Below, piece after piece: positions 11,385 to 34,123 of a DNA stretch of 64,000 nucleotides (position 1 is the stretch's first letter; the number at the start of each line of letters is the position of its first letter). Source of the DNA: the human T2T-CHM13v2.0 reference genome, Homo sapiens; NCBI RefSeq assembly GCF_009914755.1, contig NC_060947.1. One strand, 5' to 3'. The position numbers and the translations under genes were made by a program. The notes under the pieces are model-generated. The model worked only from the letters and a program-made list of their open reading frames with translations, did not search any database and was not told where the DNA came from.

Positions 11385-14300
11385 TATATCTTTTGAATAG
11401 AATTACTTATTTTCCTTTGTGTATATACCCAGTAATAAGATTACTCAGTCAAATGGTAGTTCTATGTTTAGTTTTTTGAAGAATCTTCAAACTGCTTTCC
11501 ACAGTGGCTGAACTAATTTATTTCCTCACCTATGGTGTACAAGTCATAGTTTCTTTTGCTGTGCAGAAGCTCGTAAGTTTAATTAGGTCCCACTTGACAA
11601 TTTTTTTTCCATTGCTACTGCTTTGGACACTTAGTCATAAATTAGTTGCCACGGCCAATGTCCAGAATGGTGTTTCCTAAATGTTTTCCCGGATTTTTAT
11701 AGTTTTAGGTATTATCTTTAAGTATTAAATTTACCATGAATTAGTTTTTGTATATGGTTAAAAGTAGGGGTCCAATTTTTTTCTTCTGCATATAGTTAAC
11801 TGGTTATTACAGCATGGTTTGTTGAATAGGGGGTCCTTTCCCCATTGTTTACTTTTGTCAACTTTGTTGAAAATCAAATGGTTTTAGGTGAGAAGCTTTA
11901 TTACTGGATTCTCTATTCCATTCCATTGGTTTATGTGTCTTTTTTTTTAATCACTACCATGCTGTTTTGGTTACTGTAGCCATGTAGTATAGTTTGAAGA
12001 CAGGTAATGTCATGCCTCCAGTTTTGTTCAATTTGTTCAGGATTTCTTTGACTCTTCTTATAGCTATTCAGGCTATTTTCTGGTTCCATGTGAATATTAC
12101 AACAGCTTTTTCTAATTATGTGGAAAATGATGTTAATAGATTGATAGGAAATACCATTGAATCTGTAGTTTGCTTTTGGTAGTGTGACCATTTTAACAAT
12201 ATTGATTGATTCTTTAACAATACTTATCAATATTAATTCACTTTTGATTCCATGAGCATGAAATGTTTTTCCATTTGTTTGTGACATTTATGATTTATTT
12301 CAGCAGTGTTTTGTAGTTTTTCTCATAAACATATTTCCCCTTTTAGCTAGGTGTGTTTCTACATGATATGGTTATTATGAATGAGATTGCATTCTTGATT
12401 TGGCTCTTAGCTTAGAAATGCTGCTAACAGTTGTACATTGATTCTGTGTCCCAAAACTTTACTGAAGTTGTTCATCAGGACTAGGAGTGTTTTGGTGGAG
12501 TCCTTAGAATTTTCTAGGCATAGAATTATGTCATCAGTAAATTGAGATAATTTGACTTCTCTTTCTATTTGGATGCCTTTTATTTCTTTCTCTTGTCTGA
12601 TTGCTCTGGCTAGGAGTTCCAGTACTATGTTGAATAGGAATGGTAAGAGTGGGCATCATTGTTTTGTTCCAGATCTTTAGAAGAATGCATCCACCTTTTG
12701 CCTGTTTATTATGATGTTGGCTGTGGGTTTGTCATAGATGGCTCTTATTCTAAGGTATGTTCCTTTGATGTCTGGTTTGTTGAGGGTATTTATCATGAAA
12801 CAATGTTGAATTTTATCAAGAGCTTTTCCTACACCTATTTAATCATACAGTTTTTGTTTTTATTGTTGTTTATGTAGTGATTAATATTTATTGATTTGCA
12901 TATGTTGGACCAACCTTGCATTTCTAAAATAAAGCCTACTTGATTGTGGTGAATTAGTTTTTTTGGTGTGCTACTGGATTTAGTTGCTAGTATTTTACTG
13001 AGGATTTTTGCATCTTTGTTCATCAGGGACAGTGGCCTGTAATTTTCTTTTTTATTTTGTGTTTTCCAGACTATGAAACTGGCTTCATAGAATGAAAGGG
13101 AGAAGTTTCTCCTCTTCGATTTTTCTGAATAGTTTTGTTAGGATTGGTATCAGCTCTCTTTGTATGCCTGATAAAATTTGTGTGTGACTTCATCTGGTAC
13201 AGAACTTTTTTTGCTTGGATTTTTATTACTGATTCAAATTTGGAACTCATTATATGATTCTTCAGGGTTTCAGTTTCTTCTTGATTTAATCTTGGGAGGT
13301 TGTGTGCTTCCAGGCATTCATCCATTTTCTCTATCTTTTCCAGTTTGTGCACATAGAGGCATTCATAATAGTCTCTGAGGATATTTTGAATTTCCGTAGG
13401 GTTGCTTGCAATGTCACCTTTGTCATTTTTTATTGTGCTTATTTGGATCTTCTTTCTTTTCTTTAACTTAGCTAGTGGTGTATTGATCTTATTTGTCTTT
13501 ACAAAAAAAACAAGTTTTTTTTCAAATCATATGTTTGGAGTTTTGGGTCTCAATTTTATTCTGTTCTGCTGATTTTAGTTATTTCTTTTCTTCTGTTACC
13601 TTTGGGGTTAGTTTTTTTTTTTTTTTTTTTTTTAGTTTTCTAAATGCAATGTTAAATTCTTAATTTGAGATATTTGTAACTTCCTGATGTAGGTGTTTAG
13701 CAGTATAAACTTTCCTCTAAACACTGTTTTGCTGTACCCCAGAGATTTTGGTATGTTGTGTCTCTGTTTTTATTTATTTTATCTCTAAGAACTTTTTTAT
13801 CCTTCCTTAATTTTATTGTTTAACCAGAAGTCATTTAGGAGCAAGTTGTTTAGTTTCCATGTAATTGTGTGGTTTTTAGAGATCTTCCTTGTATTGATTT
13901 ATATTTTTATTTCATTTTGGCCCAAGAGCATAGTTAGTATGATTTTAATATTTTTGAATTTATTGACCCTTGTTTTATACTTGAGCAAGTGGTAAATCTT
14001 AGAGTATGTTCTGTGTGCAGATGAGGAGAATGTATATTCTGTGATTTCTTGGGTGAAGTATTCTGTAGAAGTCTATTGAGTCCAATTGGCCAATTGTCAG
14101 CTTTAAGTCCAGAATTTCTTTGTTTTTCACCTCAAGGATATGTTCAACACTGTCAGTGGAGTGTTGAGGTCTCTCAATATTATTGTGTGGATGTCTAGGT
14201 CTTTTTGTAGGTTTAGAAGTGCTTGTTTTATGAATCCAAGTACTCTAATATTGAGTGTGTATATATTTAGCATAGTTAAATATTCTTGTTGAATTGAACC

Positions 14301-15850
14301 CTTTATCATTATGTAATATCCTTTTTTGTCCCTTTTGACTGTTGTTGGCTTAACGTTTCTTTTATCAAATATAACAATAGCAATTCCTGCAACCCATTAC
14401 TTTATGCCTATGAATGTTTACATGTGAGATTTGTATCTTAAATACACAAGATGGTTGAGTCTTGTGTTTTTATTCACCTTGCCACTCTGTGCTTTTTAAG
14501 CGGATGTTTATATTACTTACATTCAAGGTTAATACTGGTATCTGAGATTTTGATTTGGTCATGAAGTAGTTAACTGGTTGCTTTGTAATGTTGACTTTGT
14601 AATTGCTTTATGAGGTCTGTGAGATATGTACTTAAGTGTGTTTTTGTGATAGCAGGTATCATTCTTCTATTTCCATGTTTAAAACTTCCTTAAGTGCTCC
14701 TTGTAAGTCTGACCTAGTGGTAACAAATTTTCTTAGTGATTGTTTGTCTGGAAAACATTTTATTTCTCCATCATTTGTGAAACTTAGTTTTATGAGATAT
14801 GAAATTCTTGGTTGCAATTTCTTCAAGAATCCTAATTCTGCAGGAACATGAAATGTTTTCCTCTCAAAATTCTGTTCCAGGCTTGTGACTCTTAGTTCAG
14901 ATGCACACTGTAGTCTATCTCCAGAGCACAATGTTATTGAGGGCCACAGGAAACTCTTGTTTAATGACTCTGTGGGAATGGTTTCAGGGTAGAACCTTGT
15001 TACTCAGCCCAATACAGATAGCTTTATAGTTTGACTGTTCCCCAGTGTAATAGCACTGCTGGTTTGTGTAAAGGCAGGGCTCTATCTTTCAACTCATGCA
15101 GATAGGTGTTGGTTGTCACGATGTTGGATGTTTGAGTTGACATTACCTCAAGCTCTGGGGATGTGGTTATGTGACAGCAGAATTGGAAATGGATACATAG
15201 TTATCCACTTCCCAGCTGAACAGCATGTTTGAATCCTGAAGGGGATGGAGCAGGGTCATGATAGCCCAGAATTGAAGTGCTTGCTGTGATGGGAAGGAGC
15301 AAGCTGATCCCCAGGTCACTGGCCAGATGCTCAGAAAGGGGAAGGCAAAATGCTTAGGTGGTGAGAGCCCAAGGGAATATCACATGCCTGTTGGGACTGG
15401 GTTTTCAGAAGGGCTCTGGGACACAACTAAAATGCTCATTTGGGGGAAAAGTGGGTGGGCTGAGTGCCAGAAGGTGGTAAGCCTCATTTGGCAGGGAGTA
15501 GTGGAGGTGGGGAATTGTGGGGTGTGCAGTCTGCCCACTCCTCCTTTATATCTTGGCTGTAGAATCCATTCTGGTTGTGCACAACTATGTCAAGTCTCCT
15601 CATTCCCTCTCTGGCCTGAGGGCAGTGTGAGCAAGGGCAACAGCATAGGTGATGGTGAAAGGCTTTCAGGTACCTCTGGGCAATTGGGTCCCAGAGGAAT
15701 ACAAAATCATGACTGACTGCAGTGTTAGGCAGGGGTGGGTTGGCTGCACTGGGAGCCCAAGCTGAAGTACCCTACCTGGCAAGGAGCAGTGGGGATAGGG
15801 GTCATGTGGTATGCAGTCTGGCCACCTGTCAGTAAAGCATTTGTGGCATG
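11385..15850 (-). mobile_element. Continuation of the old L1 (ORF2, ORF1 remnant, 5'UTR-like region) with internal deletions
   Basis: Degenerate ORF2 peptides at 12835-13023 and 14127-14309, ORF1 C-terminus at 14659-14830 and GC-richer 5'UTR-like DNA to ~15850. The right boundary is approximate. Confidence 0.75.
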
Positions 15851-16234
15851 CTGGAGTTGCACAAAAGTGCCCAAATAATGAGCCTTAATCAGGAAATAAA
15901 GGATTTTCCTTAGAGATATTTCCAAGATAAAACCAGAGGGTAATAATTTTTATTTGCTCAAGACTCAGAGACTATCAGGATTCTGATTTTCAGTGATCTT
16001 AGAATCCTTGAATGCTAGGTAGGGCTGAAAAATCTTTTTTTTAATCTCTGACTTTATACTATAAATATATTGATACAATTATATATAATTAGGAAGAACA
16101 TAAGAGAAAATAAAGAAGGGAAGAAGTGGGGGAAGGGAGGGAAAGGGAATAGAAGGAAAGATTTTCTGCTTTTAACCCCCACATTTCCCCGCTAACATTA
16201 ATATTTACATATTACATCCATTATTAATACTAAC

Positions 16235-16420
16235 AGCTAATGTTTATGTTGGGCCTACTCTGTGCAACACACTACACTAAGCACTTTGTATGTTTTGTCA
16301 ATAAGAATTAACCGTATCACAATTAGGTAGGTCCCATTATATATTTATTGTGCAAGAAAGATAACTAATACCTTGAAAGGCTAGGGAATTTGACTTTAAC
16401 TGACACAATAAGCTCTGGAC
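16235..16420 (-). mobile_element. MIR fragment
   Basis: gctaatgtttatgttgggcctactctgtgc...ctaagcactttg resembles the antisense MIR 3' half. Confidence 0.5.
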
Positions 16421-17119
16421 TAACATTGTTCTGTAACTTTCCTTTTGCAACTGATGTTATGTAGTAGAGCATTAACATGTAATTACATAGAGATTCTATG
16501 CATAGCATAACGTGCCATCGTTGAGTTTTACAGTCACTTAACCAATTTTTTCTTGATGAATATTTGAGCTATGTACATTTTGTTTTACAGTTACTAATAC
16601 TGACATAGTGAATATCACTGAATATATATCTCTGTGCAAGTATAGTAGTGCTTAGGTAACATTGATTTCTAAAATTATTGTGTTCCTTTGATTTATGTGT
16701 CAATATTACATTGTGTTAATTACTGGGCTCTTATGATGTTTTATTTGTGTAAGAAAATTTATTACTCATTTTTGTCTTTAAAAACATGATTTAATCTTTC
16801 ATATGTTCTGCTCCAGTTGAATTTGACAGTCAGCTTGTCAGTTTCCAACAAGAAAATTCTATGGCCTATTGATTTTTTACCTAATTATTTTAGAATAACT
16901 TAAGTTTTAGTAATATCTTTACAATATTCAGCCATCGTGAAACTTCTTTATCATTGCTTGTCACTCTCAGCCATTTTTATTTCTTCTGCTCTGAATTTTC
17001 TATATATATTTTGGCCGCATTTTTATTGTCATATTATCTTTCATACTAACATTAATAATAGCTTTCTTAAGATTATTCACCTTTAATCTATTAAAATATT
17101 ATAAATCTGTTTAATATAT

Positions 17120-17305
17120 ACAGTGGTGGGGTGGCTATGATGACAGACTCTGAAACCAGATTTCCTGAATTCAAGTCCTGGTTCTACACTTTGCAAGCTG
17201 TGTGACATTGTGAGAGCTTCATAGAGTTGCTATGAAATTTAAATTCACTAGTACACATAAGTTGCTTAGAACGACTTATAATATATTGTAATCACTCAAT
17301 AAATT
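17120..17305 (+). mobile_element. MIR with core deletion
   Basis: gactctgaaaccagatttcctgaattcaagtcctggttct...gctgtgtgac...cactcaataaat. Confidence 0.65.
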
Positions 17306-17914
17306 TAAGTATGTGAAAAGGACTCCATATTCTTACAAACCGTCTCTTATTTTTATTATAAAATTAATTTTAATTGCAAAAAACTACATAAATGCATTTT
17401 CTGTGTTAAAAAGGCCCAAAACATTATAAATGATGTTAAATTTTTTCATTGACAATCCACCCCACAAATTAGCCACTAATGTATGATGGGTTTCTTTGTC
17501 GCGTTTTTCAATTAACTTATATACACATCGTGAGTCATAAAATATATGGACTTTTACTTATGGGTTTCTTTTTAACACAAAATATATAAAATATTGCAGG
17601 TTACATTGGCAGTTTGCTCCTCTCAAATATTACCAAGATGATATGGAATTGTTTTCATGGACTTTTTATCCTTTTGCAGTGATTGTTCTGCCTATTCTAC
17701 TGTCACTTTCTTTTATTTCTAATAATTTCATATGTGTTGATAACTATCATTAAGTCCACTACATTATTTTTGGCTCTTCCTGAATACTCAGATTTGAGTT
17801 GTAGAATCAACATTTCAAAATTCATAGGTAAACAATCTTAATTGCTATTGATTCAAATTCTTAGACTAAAATAGAGAAGAACAGACAAATTTATTTATTT
17901 ATTTATTTAATTTT

Positions 17915-17967
17915 ATAAGCTACCAGTTTACGTTATTTTACTATAGCAGTCAAAATAAACTAAGACA
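17915..17967 (+). mobile_element. MaLR (MLT1-like) LTR 3' terminal fragment
   Basis: ataagctaccagttt...tatagcagtcaaaataaactaagaca has the typical MaLR LTR end. Confidence 0.45.
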
Positions 17968-18076
17968 ATCATAAATTATCTAGAAAATGTATACCCCCTA
18001 CCAACAGACAAAAATTTCACAGAGTACTTTAAACAATTTATTTCCTTCCTTTTTGATGAATTGCATGCTGATAATT

Positions 18077-24239
<6,163 letters not shown>

Positions 24240-24460
24240 TGCATGCTGATAATTGTCCATGTGGCTCCAATGTATGTTTTCCATATTCTGCAGCTTCCCT
24301 TCAGAAAATTACTTTGCTCTCTTTCAGAGAGTGACTCACCCTCAAGTGTGAGTGAATGTGCAAATAAGGGTTTTCAAGGCAGCCGACAAATTTATATTAT
24401 TGGGTTTTCCCATTGATGAGCATGGTTTATTCCCCATTTATTGTGCCATTCAATAAAATG

Positions 24461-24814
24461 TGTATTAGTTCATCTCCACACCATTGATAAAGACATACCT
24501 GAAACTAGGAACAAAAAGAAGTTTAATTGGACTTACAGTTCCACATGGCTGGGGAAGTCTCAGAATCATGGTGGAGGGCAAAAGATATTTCTTACATGGT
24601 GGCAGCAACAGAGAATGAGGAAGAAGCAAAAGCAGAAACCCCTGATAAACCCATCAGATCTCGTGAGACTTATTCACTATCACAAGAATAGCAAAGGAAA
24701 GACCAGCCCCCATGATTCAATTACCTCCCACTGGGTCCCTCCCACAACACGTGGGAATTCTGGGAGATAAAATTCAAATTGAGATTTCAGTGGGGACACA
24801 GCCAAACCATATCA
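24461..24814 (-). mobile_element. THE1 (THE1C-like) solo LTR
   Basis: tgtattagt...ggggacacagccaaaccatatca termini, ~354 bp, flanked by an (a)aatg duplication. Confidence 0.88.
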
Positions 24815-25682
24815 AATGTTACCATTTCATATTTCTTCTTAGGTTTGCTCTAAGACATATTATAATTTTTGTGCTATGGCAAGAAGGAGCTTTCTCTAAT
24901 TACATTTTCTAGTGTTAGTTGCTGGTGTATTGCATAGTTGGGGAAAGTTATTTAATATATTTCTGCCTATTTACCTGTAAGATAAGAATAATAATGATAG
25001 AAAAATATTGTAAGGTTGTTGCTAGGATTAAATTTGTTAACATATAAAAGTTTTTTTAATTCTATTCCTTTCTTAGTCATGAATTTATCAAAAACTTTGA
25101 AACTATTAAGTGAATTTATAAATTTTCTAACATATAACTATTCTTGGTGTTCTGACTTAAACCATATTTTTAGATGGCTAAATTCCAGTTATTTAAATTT
25201 TATTTACAGTCTATGCATTTGTCAAAATTCAGATTGTTGTAGGTGTGGAGCCTTACTTCTGGGTTCTCTATTCTGTTCCATTGGTTTATGTGTCTGTTTT
25301 TGTGCCGATACCATACAGCTTTGGTTACTGTAACCCTGTGATACAGTTTGAAGTCAGGTAAGATAATACCTACAGTTTTGTTCTATTTGCTTAGGATTGC
25401 CTTGGCTATTTGGGCTCCTTTTTGAGTTCTGTATGAATTTTTAAATACTTTTTCTAGTTCTGTGAAGAATGTCGTTGGAAGTTTGATAGAAATAGCATTA
25501 AATCTATACATTGCTTTGGGCAATATGGCCATTTTAACAATATTGATTTTTCCTCTCAATGAGCATGGAATGTTTTTCCATTTCTTTCTGGCATCTCTGA
25601 TTTCTTTGAGCACTGTTTTGTAATTCACATTGTAGAGACCTTTCACTTCCCTTGTTAGCTGTAATTTTAGGTATTTTATTCT

Positions 25683-27580
25683 CATTTTGGTATTTTTTAA
25701 ACTTTTTATTTCATTAGTTTTGGAGGAACAAGTGTTTTTTTGTTACATGGATAAGTTCTGAAGTGGTGAATTCTGAGATTTTGGTGCACCCATCACTCGA
25801 GCAGTGTACACTGTGCCCAAAGTGTAGACTTTTATGTCTCACCCCTCTTCAACCCTTTCCCTGAGTCCCCAAAGTCCATTATATTATTGTTGTCTTTTCA
25901 TCCTCATAGTTTGGCTCCCACTTATAATTGAGAACATACAATATTTGGTTTTCCATTCCTGAGTTACTTCACTAAGAGTAATGGTCTCCAACTCCATCCA
26001 GGTTGCTTTGAATGCCATTATTTTGTTCGTTTTAAGGCTGAGTAGTATTCTATGGTATGTGTGTGTGTATATATATATATGTACGTATATACATATGTAT
26101 ACACACACACACATATTCTATGGTATATATATGTGTGTATATATATATATATATATACCATATTTTCTTTATTCACTCGTTGGTTGATGGGCATTATGGA
26201 TGGTTCTATATTTTTGCAATTGTAAATTGTGCTGCTATAAACATGCATGGTGCACGTTTCTTTTTAAGATAATGATTTCCTTTGGGTAGATACTCAGTAG
26301 AGGGATAGCTGGATCTAATGATAGTTCTACTTTCAGTTTTTAAAGATCTCTCCATACTGTTTTCCAGAGTAGTTGTAAACATTTACATTCCCAACACCAG
26401 TATAAAAGTGTTCCCTTTTCACCACATCCATACCAATATCTATTATTTTTTACTTTTTATAATAATTATACCCATTCTTGCAGGAGTAATGTGGGATCTC
26501 ATTGTAGTTTTAATGTGCATTTCTCTGATATTTAGTGAGGTTCAGCATTTTTCTCATATGCTTTTTGGCCTCTTGTGTATCTTCTTTTGAGAATTGTCTA
26601 TCCATGTCCCTTGCCCACTCTTTGATGGGATTATTTCTTTTTTCTGATTTGTTTGAGTTCCTTGTAGATTCTGGATGTTAGTACTTTGTTAAATGCATGG
26701 TTTGCAAAGAATTTCCTCCACTTCATGGATTGTCTATTTACTCTGCTGATTATTTCTTTTACTGTGCAGAAGCTTTTTAGTTTAATCAAGTCCTATTTAT
26801 TTCTTTTTGTTTTCATGGCATTTGCTTCTGGGTTATTGGTCATAAATTCTTTGCCTGTGCCAACATCTGAAAGAGTTTTTCTAATGTTATCTTCTAGAAG
26901 GTTTATGGTTTCTGGTCTTAGGTCTAAGTCTTTAATTCATCTTGTGTTGATTTTTGTGTAAGGTGAGAAATAGAGATTCACTTTTATACTTCTACATGTG
27001 ACTTTCCAATTATCCCAGCACAGTTTGTTGAATATGATGTCTTTTCCCAACTTTATGTTTTTGTATGTTTTTTTGAAGATCAGTTAGCTATAAGTATTTG
27101 GCTTTATTTCTGGGTTCTCCATTCTGTTCCATTGGTCTTTGTGCCTATCTTTATACCAGGCCCATGCCGTTTTGGAAACTATAGCCTTGTAGTACATCTT
27201 GAAGTCGGGTAATGTGATGCCTACAGATTTGATCTTTTTGCTTAGTCTAGCTTTGGCAATGCAGAGGATTTTTTGGTTCCATATGAATTTTAGGATTGTT
27301 TTCTCTAGTTCTTTGAAGAATGATGGTGGTATTTTGATGGGAATTGCATTGAATTTATAGATTGCTTTTGGCAATATGATTATTTTTACAATAATGATTC
27401 TACCCATTCACGAGCATGGGATATGTTTCCATTTGTTTGTGTCATCTATGACTTCTTTCAGCAGTGTTTTGTAGATTTCCTTGTAGAGATCTTTTACCTC
27501 TGTGGTTAGGTATATTTGTATGCATTTTCTTTGCAGCTGTTTTAAAAGGAATTGAGTTCTTGATTTGATTCTCAGCTTCC
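25683..27580 (-). mobile_element. 5'-truncated L1PB element
   Basis: L1PB-type 3'UTR (ttctgagattttggtgcacccatcac). 15-bp TSD taggta(t/t)[t/a]ttattct with one mismatch at 25668-25682 / 27581-27595. Confidence 0.85.
26057..26158. repeat. Compound (TG)n/(TA)n/(CA)n microsatellite inside the L1PB 3'UTR
   Basis: Directly visible, with a duplicated tattctatggtat unit. Confidence 0.9.
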
Positions 27581-28188
27581 TAGGTATATTATTCTTCATG
27601 TTGCAATAGTGAATAGGATTGCATTCCTGATTTGGTTTTCAGCTTTGTTATTGTCGTTGCATAGAAATGCTAGTGATTATTCTACATTGATTTTGTATAC
27701 TGAAACTTTGATGAAGTTTGGTGAAAACAAGAAATGAGGAAAGGACTCCTTATTCAATAAATGGTGCTGAGATAACTGGCCATCCATATACAGATTAACA
27801 CTGAACTTGTTTCCTACATCGTATACAAAAATCAACTCAAGATGGATTCAAGACTTAATGTAAAGCCGAAAACTATAAAAACCCTGGAACACAACCTAGG
27901 CAATGCCATTCTGGACATAGGAACTGGAGAATATTTCATGATGAAGACACCAAAATCAATTGCAACCAAAACAAAAATTGACAAGTGGGACCTAATTAAA
28001 CTAAAGAGTTTCCACACAGCAAAAGAAACTATACACAAAGTAAACAGACAATCTACAGAAAAGAAGAAATTTTGCAAACTATGCATCTTAAAAAAGTCAA
28101 TATCCAACATCTATAAGGAACTTAAACAAATATACAAGAAAAAAATAAGTCCATTAAAAAATGGGTAAAGAATATGAACAGACGATTT

Positions 28189-28426
28189 ATTTTTTTTTTA
28201 TTTTTTATTTTACTTTAAGTTATGGGATACATGTGCAGAACGTGCAGGTTTATTCCATAGGTATACATGTGCCATGGTGGTTTGCTGCACTTATCAACCC
28301 ATCATCTAGGTTTTAAGCCCTGCATGCATTAAGTATTTGTCTTAATGCTCTCCATCCCCTTGCCTCCCAACCCCAGACAGGCCCCAGTGTGTGATGTTCC
28401 CCTCCCTGTGTCCATATGTTCTCATT
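28189..28426 (-). mobile_element. L1PA8-like 3' fragment
   Basis: Poly-T plus 3'UTR. 14-bp TSD tgaacagac[g/a]attt at 28175-28188 / 28427-28440. Confidence 0.88.
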
Positions 28427-28570
28427 TGAACAGACAATTTTCAAAAGAAGATATACATGTGGCCAATAAGCATATTTTTTAAAAACCCTCAATATCACTG
28501 ATCATCAGAAAAATTCAAATCTAAACCACAACAAGATATCATCTCACACCAGTAAGAAGGGCTATTTTTT

Positions 28571-30798
<2,228 letters not shown>

Positions 30799-30999
30799 TA
30801 AAAACAGAACTACCATTTGATCCATCAATTCCATTACTGAGTGTATACCCAAAGGAATATAAATTATTCTGCTAGAAAGACACATGTTTGCATATGTTCA
30901 TTGCGGCATTATTCACAATAGCAAAGACATGGAATCAACCTAAGTATCCATCAAGTTTTTACAGTATTAAAAAAATATACACAGTGTGTGTTTTTTTAA

Positions 31000-31373
31000 A
31001 ATGTGGTATATTTACACCAGGGGATACTACTGAGTTATAAATAAAATCATTTCTTTTGCAGTGAGTTGAATAAAACTGGAGGCCATTATTCTAAGTGAAG
31101 AAACTCAGGAATGGAAAACCAAATACTATATGTTCTTACTTATAAGTGGGTGCTAAGCTATGAGGATGCAAAAACATAGAGTGATAAAATGAACTATGAA
31201 GACTTGGTCAGGGAAAGTTGGGAGCAGGATGAGGGCTAAAAGACAACATGTTGGGTTCAGTGTACACTGCTCAGGTGATGGGTGCACTAAAATCTCAGAA
31301 TTCACCAATAAGATACTCATGTAACCAAAAACCACGTGTTCCCCCAAACTTAAAATTTTAAAAAAAGAAAAAA
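31000..31373 (+). mobile_element. L1PB 3' end fragment
   Basis: ggtgatgggtgcactaaaatctcagaattcacc...cccccaaacttaaaa with A-tail. aaaatgtggt is repeated at 30998-31007 and 31374-31383. Confidence 0.75.
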
Positions 31374-31995
31374 AAAATGTGGTGCATGTACACTATGGAA
31401 TACTATGCAGCCATAAAAAAGAATGCAGTCACGTCCTTTGCAGAAACATGGATGGAACTGGAGGCCATTATCTTTACCAAACTAGTGCAGGAACAGAAAA
31501 CCAAATACCACATGTTTTCACTTATAAGTGGGAGCTAAATTAAAAGAACACATGGACACAAAAGAGGGAACAATAGACGCTGAGGCTTATATGAGGGTAC
31601 AAGATGGGAGGAGAAAGAGAATCGGAAAGAATAACTGTTCAGTCTTTGGCTTAGCACATGGGTGACTAAGTAATCTGTACAACAAACCCTCGTAACATGA
31701 GTTTACCTAGATAGCACATCTCCATATGTACTCCTGAGCTGAAAATAAAAGTTTAAAAAAGTATTTATGATACTGAATTACCAGGTGCTACATGATTTAT
31801 ACTATTCTACCTTTAATCTAGAAAATATATTGTCTTACTACAGAAATGATAAACTGACATGATGAAAGGATAGAGAGTACTAGGACATTTTAGAGGAAAG
31901 AGAGGCATAAGATATAAACTTTTATACTTCTATGGGCTTCTTAAATATCCTATATATTATAACAAATATAAATTTATTATCAAGAAATAGAAAAA

Positions 31996-34123
31996 CATGA
32001 CAAATCCACAGCCAACATTATACTGAACAGGGAAAAGTTGAATGCATTCCTTCTGACAACTGGAACAAGACAAGGATGCGCACTCTCACCACTTCTATTT
32101 AACATAGTGCTGGAACTCCTAGACATAGCAATCAGACAAGAGAAAGAAATAAAGGACATGCAAATCAGTAATGAGGAAGTCAAAATGTCACTGTTTGCTG
32201 ACAATATGATCATTTACTTCAAGAACCCTAAAGACTAATCCAAAAAACTCCTAGAATAGATAAGTAAATTCAGCAAAGTTTCAGGATACAAAATCAATGT
32301 ACACAAATCAGTATCTCTGCTATACACCAACAGCGACCAAGCTAAGAATCAAATTGAAAACACAAGCATTTTTGCAACAGCAGCAAAAAATAAAATAAAA
32401 TACGTAGAAATACACTTAACCAAGGAGGTGAAAGACCTCTACAAGGAAAACTACAAAACACTGCTGAAAGAAATCATAGACAACACAAACAAACGGAAAC
32501 ACATCCTATGCTCATGAACGGGTAGAATAGATATTGTAAAAATGACCATACTGCCAAAAACAATCTACAAATTCAATGCAATTTCCATCAAAATACAACT
32601 ATCATTCTTCACAGAACGGGAAAAGAATCCTAGAATTCATATGAAACCAAAAAAGAGCCTGCATAGCCAAAGTAAGACTAAGCAAAAAAAAACAAATCAG
32701 GAGGCTCACATTAACCAACTTCAACCTATACTATAAAGCCATAGTCACCAAAACAGCATGGTACATGCATAAAAATAGGCATATACTCCCATAGAACAGA
32801 ATGGAGAGCCCAGAAATAAAACCAAACGCTTACAGTCAACTGATCTTTGACAAAGCAAACAAAAACATAAAGTGGAGAAAGAATACCATATTCAACAAAC
32901 GGTGCTGGGATAATTGGCAAGCCACATGTAGAAGAATAAAACTGGATTCTCATCTCTCAACTTATACAAAAATCAACTCAAAATTGATCAAATACTTACA
33001 TCTAAGACCCTGTAACCATAAACATTCTAGAAGATAACATAAGAAAAACCCTTCTAGACATTGGCTTAGGCAAAGACTTCATGACCAAGACTCCAAAAGC
33101 AAATGCAACATAAACAAAGATAGGACCTAATTAAACTAAAAAGCTTCTGCACAGCAAAATAGATAATCAGCAGAGTATACAGACAACTCACAGAGTGGGA
33201 GAAAATCTTCACAATCTACACATCTCACAAAGGACTAATATCTAGAATCTACAAGGAACTCAAACAAATCAACAAGAACAAAACAGTCTCATCAAAACGT
33301 GGGCTAAGGACATGAATGGACAATTCTCAAAATAAGATATACAAATGGCCAACAAACATATGAAAAAATCCTCAACATCGCTAATGATCAGGGAAATGCA
33401 AATCAAAACCATAATGTGATACTACCTCAGTCCTGCCAGAATGGCCATAATCAAAACATCAAAAAATATTAGATGTTGGTATGGGTGTGGTGTAAAGAGA
33501 ACACTTTTACAGTTTTTTTGGGAATGTAAACTAGTAGAAACACTATGGAAAACAATATGGGGATTCCGTAAATAACTAAAAGTAGAACTACAATGTGATC
33601 CAGCAGTTCCACTACTGGGTATCTGCCTAGAGGAAAAGAAGTCATTATACCAAAATGATACTTGCACATGCATGTATATAGCAGCACAATTTGTAATTGC
33701 AAAAATATTGAACAAGCCAAAATGCTTATCAATCAACAAATGGATGAAGAAATTTTGGTATATATACCATGGAATTCTACTCAGCCACAAAAAGTAATGA
33801 AATAATGGCATTCACAGTAGCCTGGATGGAATTGGAGACCATTATTTAAAGTGAAGTAACTCAGGAATGAAAAACCAAACAGTGTATGTTCTCACTCATA
33901 AGTGGGATATGGTATGAAGATGCAGAGGCATAAGAATGATACAATGGACTTTGGGGACTTGGGGGAAAGGATGGGAGGGGCCGAGGGATAAAAGACTACA
34001 CATTGGGTATAGCGTACACTGCTCAAGTGTTGGATGCACCAAAATCTCAGAAATTACCAGTATAGAACTTATTCATCCAATAAACGCCACCTGTTTCCCC
34101 AAATACATATTGAAATAAAAAAA
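31996..34123 (+). mobile_element. 5'-truncated L1PB element
   Basis: ORF2 RT peptide [19 protein letters not shown]...SLFADNMI and an L1PB-type 3'UTR ending tgaaataaaaaaa. Confidence 0.85.

Noticed and set aside
15327-15716. 129-aa ORF
   Set aside because: Lies antisense in old L1 5'UTR-like DNA with no recognisable domain.
25884-26272. Low-complexity C/V/Y/I/H ORFs
   Set aside because: Translations of the dinucleotide microsatellite.
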